From Octopus sinensis (taxonomy: Eukaryota): DNA of 64,000 bases. The position numbers were made by a program, and so were the translations under genes. Under the pieces are notes generated by a model. The model saw only the letters and a program-made list of their open reading frames with translations. It ran no database searches and was not told the DNA's origin. Shown piece by piece: positions 39,305 through 53,559 of this stretch. The stretch covers positions 68,262,001-68,326,000 of the forward strand of contig NC_043009.1 of assembly GCF_006345805.1 (NCBI RefSeq), read 5' to 3'. Within the stretch, counting starts at the first letter, position 1; every line of letters starts with the position of its first letter.

Positions 39305-39678
39305 ATATTATATATACATACATATATATACATAATATATACACATATATATATATATATATAATATATATATATATATATAGTATATATATATATATAT
39401 ATAATATATATATATACGTCTGTGTATGTGTGTGTGTGTGCATGTATATATAGTGCAAAATGGTTTTACTCTGGTATGAGTTGCCATCCAGCAAAAAGAG
39501 TACTCAATATTTGTGTAGAGCATGATACACATCCATAAATGTGGGTGTGTGCGTGAATTTGGTCACTAATAGGCTATACTGTCTCCCATTCTATATCTTA
39601 TGAAGTAATTTGTCTAAGGCCTATATGCATATAAATATGTACAGACACACACACATGTGTATATTATATATAATATAT

Positions 39679-39736
<58 letters not shown>

Positions 39737-39869
39737 TACGCTAATTAATGTCAATGGAAAACAGTTCAACCTATGTATGCTCAGGGCAGAGTGACTTATC
39801 CGAGGCACACACGGGCATGACCATGTGATTACAAAGCTAGTTTTTCTACCACGTGATCTTGGGTCCAGC

Positions 39870-40430
39870 CCTACGCCGCTAAATTTACAATGTGGTTAAA
39901 TGGTTGGTAAAAATACAGGATGACAACAGGAATCATTATCGCAGGAGTTATTTTGGGGAGATATTTCTGGTTAATAATTTTGAGAAGAAAGCAGTTTATG
40001 TTGCTAGAAATGCAACTAATCAAATAATTATTTCTGTTCTCATCTTCTTCTGAAAGTGACTTGTCATGTTCAAAGATGGATGAAATTATCATTTTTCTAA
40101 TATTGAGCAATTACAATCAGGTACAGCTGAATACTCAAAGAATTCCTGAAAATTCTTGCATATCTGGTACGCCTTTCGGCTGGCTAATTCTGAACATCCC
40201 TTTCGCAGTTATTTAGATTCAATTTCTAATCTTCTAAATGTCTAAGGTCAATAAGGGATTTGTTGCTATTTCCCTTACTGTTTCTGGAAAATATTCTGGC
40301 ATAATGCACTTCCATCTACGTCACACGGTCAAATCTTTATTCGATGTATTCATTATCTTCAGACATCATATGCGTAATCCTTTACGTGCTCGCATCATTA
40401 GTTTCCAACATTGGTGGATAACAAGTTTTT
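39870..40430 (-). pseudogene. Decayed LINE reverse-transcriptase N-terminal region
   Basis: RRWKCIMPEYF (RWxEYF), KGVPD (KAPGPD), IISSIFEHDK...NNYLISCIS (IIVPIFK...NYRxISL). Confidence 0.5.
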
Positions 40431-41639
40431 ACAGAACACTGCGCTCCATATTCGATTCCATAATTGCTGTCATGAAAAGTGCTGAGTTTCGTTGTTGTCG
40501 TTGTTGTTGTCGTTGTTATTGCAGCCATCTTTATTTTAATAGAGAGCTTCACTGGCTTAATGTTGATTAGAAGATAACATTTAATTTCCATTAATGGCGT
40601 ATATCTTCCTTCGAAGCTATATATATCAGATCCTCCATTTGCTCCTTCTTTTCCTCTTTACCCTGCAGTTCTAAAACTTGTATGGAGAATAGAATTTTGA
40701 TAGAATTTAAATTGTTTTATATTCTAGAAAACAAAATGAGCTTTCCCCCCCCCCCATACTGGCATAAAAATAATTGGTTAACGAAGGCAACTTTCGAGTA
40801 TGTTTGCTAAAAAGCCTTTTCGAACCACATGCAAAACCTTTCAACAGATGTTTCGTTCATTAATCACAGCAACAGTTATATCTTTCTCTTGTTTTGTGTT
40901 GTTTTGTTATTTTTTTTGGTTTTTTTTTTCTTTTTCATCGCTTTAATGAGACTAGGAACAATAGTACTCATGACCTTTACCAGATCCACCGGAGCAGTGA
41001 AAGGAAGAAAGTAAAAGACTCCATTATTCTTGTAGAAGTACGGCAACTATATTCATCTCCGAGATCTGCTCCGAATATTTGCAACAGAGCGGACTCCGGA
41101 AAAGGCTTTCAAGGCAACGGCCACGTCATGACATTAAATCGAAAAACAGATTAGATTTAACACGTGGCTACTTAGTGGGAGATAAGGGGAAGTAATCTAA
41201 TACTACTACTTTACACGAATATCTGTAGATGTGAGAGAGTGTGTAGGCAGAAATGCAGATGTAACGAGTCAGTTTTCATTGTGCTTCTGGCTTTTACTGC
41301 CAATAACATCGTTTATATATGAAGTATACAAACGAAACTATTTATTTTGTAGTTTCAATTCCACAGTCCTTGCGTATGTTTATTTAACAATGTAACAATA
41401 GCCATAATCCTTCTTTGACCAGCCGTAATAGGGGAAACTATTTGTTGTAGTGTATGTACACCTGCATGAATTTACATGACTATGTATGTGCTTGAGAGTG
41501 TGCACGCGTACGTTGGTGTGTGTGCGTGTGTGTGTGTGCATGTGTGTGTATATGTGTTTGATTGTGTGTATGTGTAAGAGTGTAGCAAGAAGCTTATCGG
41601 AAGTTGTTGAGAAATTGAGCCGAGTGATGCATCAAGAAC

Positions 41640-41880
41640 GTGCAATGAGGGCGGTATAAACATCTGGTGTAGAGTCGCAATATCTGACTCTACAAATTCG
41701 TACTGTTGAGTGGGAATGTTATCTTCTTCATCGGCGGGTGACCGAGGACAGCTCCAGTGTGGCGGTCGAAGAGGCCGAGGCACCTACGGAGCTGCTCCAT
41801 CATCTGATAAAACATCAAGTCTTTCATTTGGATACGGAGTATGATATCACTCTCGGCACACAAGTTCCATTCTCTATTTA
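41640..41880 (-). pseudogene. RTE-like LINE ORF C-terminal relic
   Basis: IILRIQMKD...VLGHPPMKKITFP resembles ILxIxWxD...WLGHVxRMxxxRxP. Confidence 0.4.
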
Positions 41881-42432
41881 CCATTCTCTTATTTAATATT
41901 CAGTTCTAGTTGCAGCAATTTGGACACAAAGCGAGGAAAACACATAAGAAAAGTCTTCCGTGTATTAGGCGTATGTTTATGTATATTTACTCGCTAAAAG
42001 AAATAAATTAACAATAAAAGAAAAGAATTAACAATCTAATAATAAATACATAAAATGCAGATTAATGTTATAAAGAAAGGATATCAAATTACAAGATTAT
42101 TAGTAAGGAAAACAATTAACAAATAACGGAATGAATAGTTGAAATATAATTCTATGAAAACAACTAAACGATTGAAATTATTTTCAGCTTTGAATTGTTG
42201 CTAAATCACGACAGTTTGTTTCTATGGTCCAAAAGAAATAAGGAATATATGATGATGTATTTATGCAAATGAATACACGCCCACAAAGATGTACGTACGT
42301 ATACTTCTACTGGAAATAACAGTCAAAGCTCTTATTTTAATCGCCAAAATACACGGATGATAACTACAGAAATCAACCGAAGGCAGATCAGGTTAATAAA
42401 ATCTCCTAACGTACATTTAAGTATTTGGTGTC

Positions 42433-42465
<33 letters not shown>

Positions 42466-42569
42466 ATATAATATATATGTTATATAATATTTACATATGC
42501 GCGCACACATATATGATTGCTTGTTTGCGTGTGTGCGTGTGTGCATGGTGTGTGTTAATATATATATAT

Positions 42570-42603
<34 letters not shown>

Positions 42604-42715
42604 ATATATATATATACATATATATACATGTATATAAAAACACAAATATATGCTTATCATATGTGTGTGTGTCTGTGTGTGTTATAATTTAGAATAAACA
42701 GTAAAAGTTTGTCAT

Positions 42716-42776
42716 TACAGTACTCGGAGTTTCGAATGTCGGAGCGATGAGCTACGATACATCCTCGTCGGCTATA
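42716..42776 (-). ncRNA. Well-folded type I hammerhead with CCGACGA core
   Basis: TATAG-CCGACGA-GGATGT...ACATTC-GAAA-CTC C GAG-TA-CTGTA: G10.1-C11.1 pair, GUA triplet, near-palindrome ACTCCGAGT; only U4 differs. Confidence 0.7.
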
Positions 42777-43205
42777 TATATATACCTCTGATGACGGAAG
42801 ATAGTAAAGATAGCTTATTAGTGGTCAGGTTTACCTGCTACTTAAGACGCCAACTTGAACTGCAACAAGAAGCAGGAATTTTATCGCCACCGAGTAACAA
42901 ATGGTTATAGGCGGCTTATCAATTCATCGGTTACCTGTGTTACAGAATAAAAGTATCCACAGACAAGCAACTTGTATTAAGTTAGATTATAACACTTATA
43001 TATATTCAACGAAACCGACCATGTCTTTCTTTAAATCTTCCATTAACTAAATATTTACTTGTCAATCCCTTACCATAACTGTTGTTCTCTATCAATTTCC
43101 ATATTATTATGACTTTGCTTCCACTGTCCGATTTCCTTTAAACTTTTCTCTTTGGTCCACACTAGCAGCAGACGAAAGATATCTAGGAAGTTCTACGTTA
43201 TTCTC

Positions 43206-43303
43206 TCTCCGATGATGGAATACTTCGTTACTATATGGTTAGCCGCTGATCATTTGCAGGAAAAATTACCATCTTAGCATCTATTATCGAAACAGCTGTA
43301 AGA
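43206..43303 (+). ncRNA. Hammerhead motif (CCGATGA core) with ~70-nt stem II domain
   Basis: TCT-CCGATGA-T-GGAATA...TATT(A)TC-GAAA-CAGCTG-TA-AGA; palindrome ACAGCTGT; same motif type as 19426-19480. Confidence 0.55.
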
Positions 43304-43419
43304 TAAGTCTGCATACTTTGTTACTTCTTCCTTCCTTATGATATATACTCTTGTAATAACTCAGTCATCTTATATATATATATGTATAGTTAATCCAAAC
43401 AAGAAAACACAAAAAAACA

Positions 43420-43544
43420 AAAAAACACAACAACACGAGGACGTGGAACAAATAAAGTATTATTGGACGCTCAGGAAAGAAGGGAAGAAGGAGGGTTTAA
43501 CGTTTCGAGCGGAGCTCTTCGTCGGAAACATAGGAGAAGGAAAG

Positions 43545-43545
<1 letters not shown>
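43420..43545 (-). mobile_element. (TA)n-embedded mini-element with 35-nt minimal hammerhead (43495-43529)
   Basis: GTTT-CCGACGA-A-GAGC tcc GCTC-GAAA-CG-TT-AAAC; palindrome AACGTT; paralog at 33590-33790. Confidence 0.78.
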
Positions 43546-43575
<30 letters not shown>

Positions 43576-44807
43576 TATATATACACATATATATATATAT
43601 ATAAACACAACACACACACACATCGCCAAACCTTCTAATATATATAATATATATACTGTATATGGGTTTGAATGCGTACAATGTTGTATATTCGTGTGTG
43701 TGTGTGTTTTCCAACTGCCACCATGTGTATGCAATTCTGCTATACATGCGACAACTCAGTCACTGCCAAGTAGAACTCTGGATCTCAGTGCAAGTTCACT
43801 CGTTTCATGACATTAAACACTAATCTCTAGGAAGGAACTTGCACTGTCGAATGATTCAATGCTAATACTGGAGATTATTATTCAATCCGGAGATTATTTA
43901 ATCTCCAGAAACAGCTTTCAATCATTCGATAGTCTAAGTACAATATCGAAATCTGAATATCTCTATCAACAAACAGATAAAGATATCTTGATAGAGTTTT
44001 GAAATGTTTCACAATTAGGTTGAACTCTATCTTCGTAACCTTATTTGTCTGCCAGGTCGAATTAAGACTAATCCCGTAATACACTGAAACATATAGCTCT
44101 TCAAATTAACACCAAACTTTTGCCGTTAATACCTGATAAATACGATAAATTCTGCCGCTGAAAGATCAAAACCATTTATATTTGAAGCGGAAATGCCCTC
44201 CGTTAGGTTTTATCTAGGTTTGTGCAATAAGTATATTACCTAATTTTCTGTATGCTTTCTGTGTATATAATGACTTGCCAATGAATGATTTGGGGATGTA
44301 CGTTTATATCATCATCATCATTTAACGTCCGCTTTCCATGTTAGCATGGGTATTATGTGTGTGTGTGTATACGCACAGAGGGAGAGAAAGAGAGTGAATG
44401 AGAGAGAGACAGACAGATAGTTAAACAGATAAATATATTTAGACTCGAAACATATATTTACATTATATATATATATATACAAACAAACATATAAGGGATG
44501 GCTATAAAGGACATACGACTCACTAGAAAGAGCAGTTAAACTCCAAACCACTAATAGTTGTAATTCTGAAATGGAAAGAGAAATAAAATTTATTTCTCTG
44601 CTCTTTCTAGTGAGTCGGATGTCCTTTATGGCCATCCCTTATATGTTTCAATGTATATTACATAGTCTATTGACTATTTTTTCCTTCTCACTTGACCGCT
44701 GATAGCGGAGAATTTTTCTGAATTTTTGCTAACCTAAAATTATTAATTATGTTATATATATATTACATATATATAATATATATAATTATATATACACACA
44801 CACACAC

Positions 44808-44885
<78 letters not shown>

Positions 44886-44900
44886 TATATACTATATATT

Positions 44901-44940
<40 letters not shown>

Positions 44941-44955
44941 TGTGTGTGTGTGTAT

Positions 44956-44995
<40 letters not shown>

Positions 44996-45000
44996 TAAGG

Positions 45001-45184
45001 GTGTCGTGAAAGGCTGGCTGCAGGCCCAACCTTCCGAGTTCTTTTACTGGGCTTAGATAAAGTGAAGGACCTTGCAATAAGTGAGAATCTGAGAGGGGAA
45101 TATGTTGAATAAAATCATAATTAACAGATTCTCCCGTATTTTCTTTTACCAAAAGCCAGGATGTTTTCAGCACCTCATCGTGTA
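45001..45184 (+). mobile_element. Mariner 3' end fragment
   Basis: VKGWLQAQPSEFF...; agaggggaatatgttgaataa (RGEYVE*); ttttcagcacc...ta TIR-like end. Confidence 0.7.
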
Positions 45185-46371
45185 TGAAAGAATCGCTTTC
45201 TTAGGCTATCAGTTTAATTCAACTCCGCAAGGAATGGTCGGTAGTGATCCAACAAACCTATTGCCATAACATAACAAAAGGAATTGAAAGGAAGGTCTGC
45301 CTGAAGACAGGTGGCTAAACAGAAACTTTTCATGAAAAAAAAAAACTCTTATATCCCCAGTATGATTTGAACTAAGAAATGTAATTAAACACACGAAACA
45401 ATATATATATATTTTTAAAATTTCTGCACATTGCCTAAAGAGGTCGCCTATAGCAACCTGCAGCGTATAGATAGAGAGAAATAGAGCGAAGGGATAACAT
45501 CTAGGTGTTTGAGTTCAGGTCACTTTCCAATACCTGTAAAAATTACTTAAGTTTCTGTTACGCTCTTTATTGCACACATTCACTGCTATTTTACATTTTT
45601 ATGTAACGAATATAAAGTATTGCCGTTTGGGGATGCTATTGTGTATTAGGGATGCTGTTATCGTTGTTTCTTTCGTGTCACCTTTAAGGAAGATCTATCC
45701 ATAACAAAATAAATCATTTACGTTGGATTCTAACCTTATTAGTCTTCTGCAACCACCAAACAAATAGTTACATTTTTCATTCTCCAAAAGTGCTCGTATT
45801 TTGTGTAAAAATAAATCTACTTTTAACTTATATTCTGATATTCGTGCCTTTCCCAAGATTATGAAACAGGTCGATCAAGTTTATTTCAACCTCTTACGTG
45901 TGCTCTGCGTTAACCAGTTGATCGATCGGACAATAATTATTCTCTGGTTACTAGAAACCCCTCTAGCAGTAAGTGACAAGAAACCGGATGTTCTGACATT
46001 CCCCTATTTTCTAAAGGAATGAACAATGATAGATATTTCAAATGAAATATCTTTCCACCGGCTGCAAGTCAAAAGCAAGTAACGGAATTACCTTGCCAAA
46101 TGCTTATAACTTGATTTATTACAGCCAAACCATGTAATTAAGGTTGCTTCCATTGGCATCATATCACATACATCATAAATTTGTATAGAAATGTTGTTCT
46201 CGGTTGAATTCATCCAGTTCATAGGTAGAACATGTTTCGACACATCTCCTGGCACATGTGAACTACAAAAATAGGCGTCCGTTGCGTTCGAACATGAACA
46301 CGGTGGATCTCTTATTCTGGCGTGTGTTCTATATCAATCCCCAATTCCACACTCTCCATCTTTGATTTTTT

Positions 46372-46515
46372 ATTTGTTTCAGTCATATTAGACTGTGGCC
46401 ATGCTGGGGGACACCTTCAAGAATTTTTCATAGAATGAATCGTCCCTAGTAGATATTCTTCTTTTAAGCCTGGTACCTGTTCTCTTTTACCAAACCAGCT
46501 TCGAGCAGTGGGGGG
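46372..46515 (-). mobile_element. SINE family A 3' part, diverged
   Basis: tttgtttcagtcat...ggccatgctggg. Confidence 0.65.
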
Positions 46516-46556
46516 GAGACAACAGACACACACACATATATATATATATACACACA

Positions 46557-47028
<472 letters not shown>

Positions 47029-47274
47029 TTTATATATACATAAGGAAAATAAGACAAGAAGACAAGGTAGGAAATGCTAAAATAATTTTGTCATGAAGAA
47101 CATTCATTTTAGTACCGGTTTCACACTTTGCGACTTTTTCAACTTAGAGTAAAGCATGAAAAGCAATTAAATTTTGGGAAAATTAAATGAAATGTTTTTT
47201 TTCTCAAATGTTTCCATAGTTTTCAAATGCAAGGGACATTTCCTTCATTTCTGTCTGTTTGTCTCTCTCTGTCT

Positions 47275-47312
<38 letters not shown>

Positions 47313-47435
47313 TCTTGTAGCAGGCAGCATGTAGTAGCAGTCCTAATATTTGATATGAGTTCTTGTTTTGATTGTTTAAGCAGTAGTAGTAGCTGAAGAA
47401 GGAGGCGAAGAAGAAGAAGAAGAAGAAGAGAGGGA

Positions 47436-47477
<42 letters not shown>

Positions 47478-47595
47478 TACACGACGAACTTCTTTAAATT
47501 CCCGTCCTCCAAATCCATTCACAAAGTCTTGGTCGGCCTGAGGCTAAACTCGGAACCATGTAGCTGCGAAGCACTCTTCTTACCAGACAGCCACG
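47478..47595 (-). mobile_element. SINE family A fragment with internal deletion
   Basis: aaatccattcacaaagtcttggtcggcc...ggaaccatgt...accagacagccac. Confidence 0.65.
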
Positions 47596-48151
47596 TCTGT
47601 ATCTATATCCCAATATTTGTATATCTATCTATACTATATTTACAGCATAAATACGGAGCTAGACAATTATGTTCAATATAAACGCCCTCATCACTTTACT
47701 GGCGCCTATAGGAAGAAAGGAAAAATCGATCCTGGCAGGATTTGAACTCACAATAGAGGAGTGAGTAAGAAGTTTCAATTCCTCACACACTAGTAGTAGC
47801 AATTAAGGCCTCGTATTATCGATTTCTGACTTTGGTAGACGGCTGAACTTTGTTGGGGAATGATATAATTAATTAAATCGGTCTCCGAATTTGGAGAATG
47901 ATTACATTATCGATCATAGGACGACAGAAAAAAGTTAAAACCAGCAAGGATTTGAACCCAGAGCGTAAATAAAGGGAACCCTATATTCGAAATCATTTTT
48001 TCAGACACGCCATTGATAAAACCACCCATCTCCCGATGCCTACCACTAGTATATATCTAATTGATATCGACTATAGATTAATGTTACACGTTTCTTTAAC
48101 ATTTCGCCTAAGCTTTGGTGCATATAAGCCTCAGATGTTTCTCTACCATTG

Positions 48152-48199
<48 letters not shown>

Positions 48200-48247
48200 G
48201 TGTATGTATGTATATATATATATATATATTATATATATATATATATA

Positions 48248-48292
<45 letters not shown>

Positions 48293-49451
48293 ATATAAAT
48301 AGGATTTGATAATTTTATTATGACTTTCATCTTTATGCATTCATTATATTGCGATATTGAAGAGTATTGTCCATGATATCAGATAGTCGAAACATATTTA
48401 GAATTAAAAATCAATAACATATATCGATGTCATCGATGTACGTTTTTTTTACCTTTCTATGTTTCTTACATTCTTAATTACTTATATGTTCCTCTCTTTT
48501 ATATATTTCAGCGTCAGTTTTACTCTCCTATATTTATTTTCTTTGCATTCGCATAGAATCTTATGTTCATATAGATTTATGTAGTACCTCATACATATAT
48601 ATATATATATATACACACATAATCCTACCTAGTATATAAGCACATAAATACACATGCCTTTTATGTGTGTGTGTGTGCGCACGCGCTATCTAAAGTTTAT
48701 TTTATTAATGAAAAGTAAAAAGTAGGTCACTGTAACTAGTTTCCAGCCTCTTTAGACGTTCATCAGTGAAAGAATATCTCAGAAATTAATTGCTCTTACC
48801 TGTTTATATTGTCTATAAACAGTGCTAATTGGCCGGTGGAATTTGCACAACAGTGCACGCGTTAACAATGTGGTTTAATTAATAAATTAATTTATAGTAC
48901 ACTATACAGTTTTTATTAACAAATACAATTTCGCCTTGTTGTGAATTATGAACAAAGTTGTTATACGAAAAGATTTGTCATCCTTACAAGAACAAGAGTT
49001 AAATGAAACATCGTTTTATCTTTGAGACTCATTAGATTTTCCTGAGAGAAAGGATGAATTAGAGGCATTGTTAAGGTGTTAGCCAAAACTTCAACGCAGA
49101 TTTTCTTCCAAATATCTCCTCACGTTTTTTCGAGTTCAGATCCCGCCAAAGACGATCTTGTATTTCTTTCCACGGGCATAAATAAATAAGTTATTGCAAG
49201 TGCAGTAGAAGAGGCCCTTTATCTCTGTCACTCGCTTCTCTTTCACAGTGTGTGCGAGGCGGAACATTTAGTGCAAAGATAGTCGGTTATTAATGCCACC
49301 AGCGCCATATGTAGTCAAGTGGAAAAGTTAATCTCCCGAGTTCGAGAAAGATGATTCCGCAAATTCTCATTGAATAACCTGCACAGGTGTTTTGTTTATA
49401 ATGATCAATAGTGTTGCACCTGAGCTCAGGTTCTCGATCAAATCCACATCA

Positions 49452-49620
49452 CCTATGCGGGTGCACGGTGTGTCGCACGTTGCATATTGCAGTGATTACA
49501 GTGTAACGGGAAATAATGTGTTTTGCTAAAGACCACAACACGCCACCCCGTGCGGGAATCAAAACCGTGATCGCACCACCGTGAGTGAAACACCCTGGTC
49601 ACCAGGCCACGCGTCCTCAC
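49452..49620 (-). mobile_element. SINE family B, diverged
   Basis: Minus gtgaggacgcgtggcctggtgacc...ggttttgattccc...gttgtggtctttagcaaaacac. Confidence 0.7.
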
Positions 49621-51864
49621 AAAGGCATAAGACAAAAGCAACAAAGATTTGTCTTGCATGCGTTATTGGTTTCATGAAGACAATATACAAAGCTGAATGC
49701 CCCTTCATCTGAGAGCTTTTAAATGTAGCCCTACAGCTATTTCCTTTAACAATGTGAACACAGTTACGGCTTAATAATAATAATAATAAAAGTGATTGTC
49801 TCGCTAATAAATCTCTTTAGAACACCTTAACCTTAGCATCTTAATAACGTCACAAAAAATTAATATCTCGAGAAAACATCTAATATAAACAATAAAGTTC
49901 TGATTTATTTTCTATTTTTTCCTTTCTAATATCAACGTAATCTTCGTGTAGTCTTTACATTGACGTAATTAACAACTCATGTTTATACACACAGTTTCTA
50001 TATTTACTGTGTGCCGTGTACATCCACCTAATTAAGTACAAAAAAGTCAAAGCATGTTGTTTCTACTTATCTTAGACAGAGATGCCTTTTTATTTACTTG
50101 CTTTGCTTTGGTTTTATTTGTGCGATGTATAATGCTTCTGTTCTTGCTGTTGGTATTGGTGGTGGTGGTGGCAGTTGGGGATGATAGTGGTTGTTATGGG
50201 TCGATGGGGGAGGGTAATGTTCTATGAAGTGAATTTTCTTGCGGCTGCTTATTTATGTTTTTTCTTTCTTTTCGTTAATTACTGTTATTTTAGATGTAAA
50301 TACGATTAAATATATCAAGAAAATTCATAATACGGAGCTGAAAATTTTTATAGAAACCTATGAGCAACTGTGTGTGTGTGTGTGTGTATACATACATACA
50401 TATATATATATATAGTATTACATCATCAATTACTTCAATTACTTTTCCTGTACAAATTCATTTAAAGTCGGTGACACAATGAAAAAATCAACTCAGACGA
50501 CAGTGACAATAGTGTCTTGGACAATAAGACTTCATATCTGAAGACCATTTATAGCTGAATTTGAGAGAGAGAGAGGGGAGGAAAAGAGCTGAGACAGAGT
50601 GATAAAACAAGTGAGAAGGAGGGGTGAAAGCAAGTGAGGGGGTAGAGAAAGTGAGAAAATTGTCGGGAGAGCGCGTTGACAGGGACCACGAAGTGCAATC
50701 AGTGAGTTAGTGTTACAATCCTATTGGAGCGGTCATTCTCTTCTTATTTCAATCACTCTTTCTAATGTCTTTCTGTACGTGTGTGATTTCCTGCTTGTAT
50801 GTGTGTGCATATGTGTTTGTTTGAGTGTGTAATGAAGAGAGCGCTAAATACCGCCGCCCATTTATCAAGCCCTTATGTCGATGTGGAATGGTATCATTCA
50901 GAATTCTATAAATTATGACTTTCTCAAAATCTGAAAGTAGTTTGGAAGCTTGCAGAACCTATTCTACGTTTTGAAGGTTTTGTCCTACAAAGACAGGCAG
51001 CATCAGATTCGCGCCAAAAATGGTCCAAAGGTGACTAACGCAACTACTTTTTAAATAGTATACTACGTTTATTGTTTACTGTGCAGTGCAGCAGCATTCA
51101 TAGATTTACAATAAGAAACGAAGAATCATAGCACAGATCGAATTGAAGGCCATTTTTGACCTCTGCTTCTTAACATCTTCTTAGTGCAGTAAACCCGTAT
51201 TTAGTCCTTCATTTTTCTTTCATGACACACCCAATTCCATTCCTCTATTCATTTTTGTTTTCTTCTCCCTCTCCTACCGAGTTACTCTTTCCTACTACTT
51301 CCTGTTTGTGCATGCAATTTCGCGCTGTCTTGCGTTCCCCATCAGTTGCAGCCAGTTGCTCAAACAACGAGGACGTAAAACTCAGCTGCGCTTTCTGTTT
51401 TTTCTGCTGTCAGCGTAACCTCAAGAAAGCGTATGTGGAAATTTTGGATACTCCATTCCCACAGTACCCTCTCACTGCACTCTTTCTGCTGCCTTTACCA
51501 AAAGGTACAAGTCTTGCTGCCGCAAACCCTCACCAATTTTCTTGGATCCTGTTTTATCTGATACATGGCGTTAGAAGAAATGTTCGTACCGTTTTTCAAA
51601 TGGTGGTCTTCCGAAGAGGTTCACTAGGTTTAGGTGTGAACAGTTTGGTCTAAATGTCTGTGACCTTTCAGGTTAACCTTCTGGCTTTGATGATAAAATC
51701 AAAATGTTAATCAAACCTAATCCAGGTCACATGACATGAGATATAGCAGAGATAACTCCACTTATCTCGTATGAGCGTTATAAGGCACTTAAAAGCAATT
51801 GGGAAAAGGTAATCATTTTGTTTGATACATAAAATTGTGTTAAATTATGAACACAAAAAAAATA

Positions 51865-52253
<389 letters not shown>

Positions 52254-52558
52254 TATTAAAACGGTAAGACTATTATGTAATAACTTTTAGAAAACGTGTT
52301 CGGAACACACTGAGGACATGCACCAACACACTCACGCCCGAAGGTACAGGTAAATACACACATTTACACCTATTCTCTGACGTGCATATTAAACAAGAAC
52401 TCGTAGTTTTGTATTTTTTTTTCAGAAAGTTATTAGTAGTAGTAGCGTTTGAAAACAAATTTTCAAACGCAGTTTGGGAATTGGGAATTCGAATTTTATA
52501 TTTACTACAGACAAATTTGACAATATTGGCAAGCAAGACTTATTATCATTATTATTAC

Positions 52559-52617
<59 letters not shown>

Positions 52618-52813
52618 GCTACTCTATGGTAGCCATATTTATAGTATGTCAATCAATAACAACGCATTGAATAGCTGTCAGGTTATTTTATTAAGCACTA
52701 GTTAACTGAAATATCGCAAGTATATATATATATCATTCGTAGTTACAATCAAATTATATTTGTCTACATCACATATGCTTATGGTATTTGGTACACACAC
52801 ACACACACACACG

Positions 52814-52889
<76 letters not shown>

Positions 52890-53559
52890 TGTTCTCTATT
52901 GAGTTGTATCTAAAAATATATATTACAGATTTGTTCTAAATAAGCTATGTAGGCACTTATATGCAGAGAGAGGGAAGAGAGAGAGAGAGAGAGAGTATTT
53001 TGAAATGTTAAGTCTATCTCTCTGCCATTATCTTTATGTTTCTTGCTCTCTGCCTCTCCTTCACTCTCTCCCTCTTTCTCTCTTTCTATCTCTCTTTCTT
53101 TCTCATACACATACATATACACACACATACCGTCTCTATCTATCGCTAATTTTTTTCTTGTCTCACATATTTTATGAATGCAAATATACCTGTCTACTTC
53201 CTTTCTTCCCTATTTACATACATACACATATATTTACTTAATATACATACCTACATATATTCATACATATATACAGTCATACATACATACATATTTCCCG
53301 TCATACTGAAAATGAAAATATATGTCTGAGGTCAATGATATCGTCATTCCCCACACCTCAAACAATTATAATTCTCATTGAAATGTTTTATGGTGATCGA
53401 ATCGATTTAATTCTTAAGGGTCCGATACAGTAGATTACTTGTGTTGCTCTGGAATGGATGGTATCGAAGAACCATCCATTTTCCTCAAAAACTAGAAGCA
53501 CCATGCATATATTCAGTTGCAGAAAAGATGAGGGTGCGATGTCACGCATGGAAAGTATC

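Noticed and set aside
45800-46320. Possible Tc1 transposase relic
   Set aside because: Similarity to FQQDGA/PDLNPLDY motifs is too weak to call by eye
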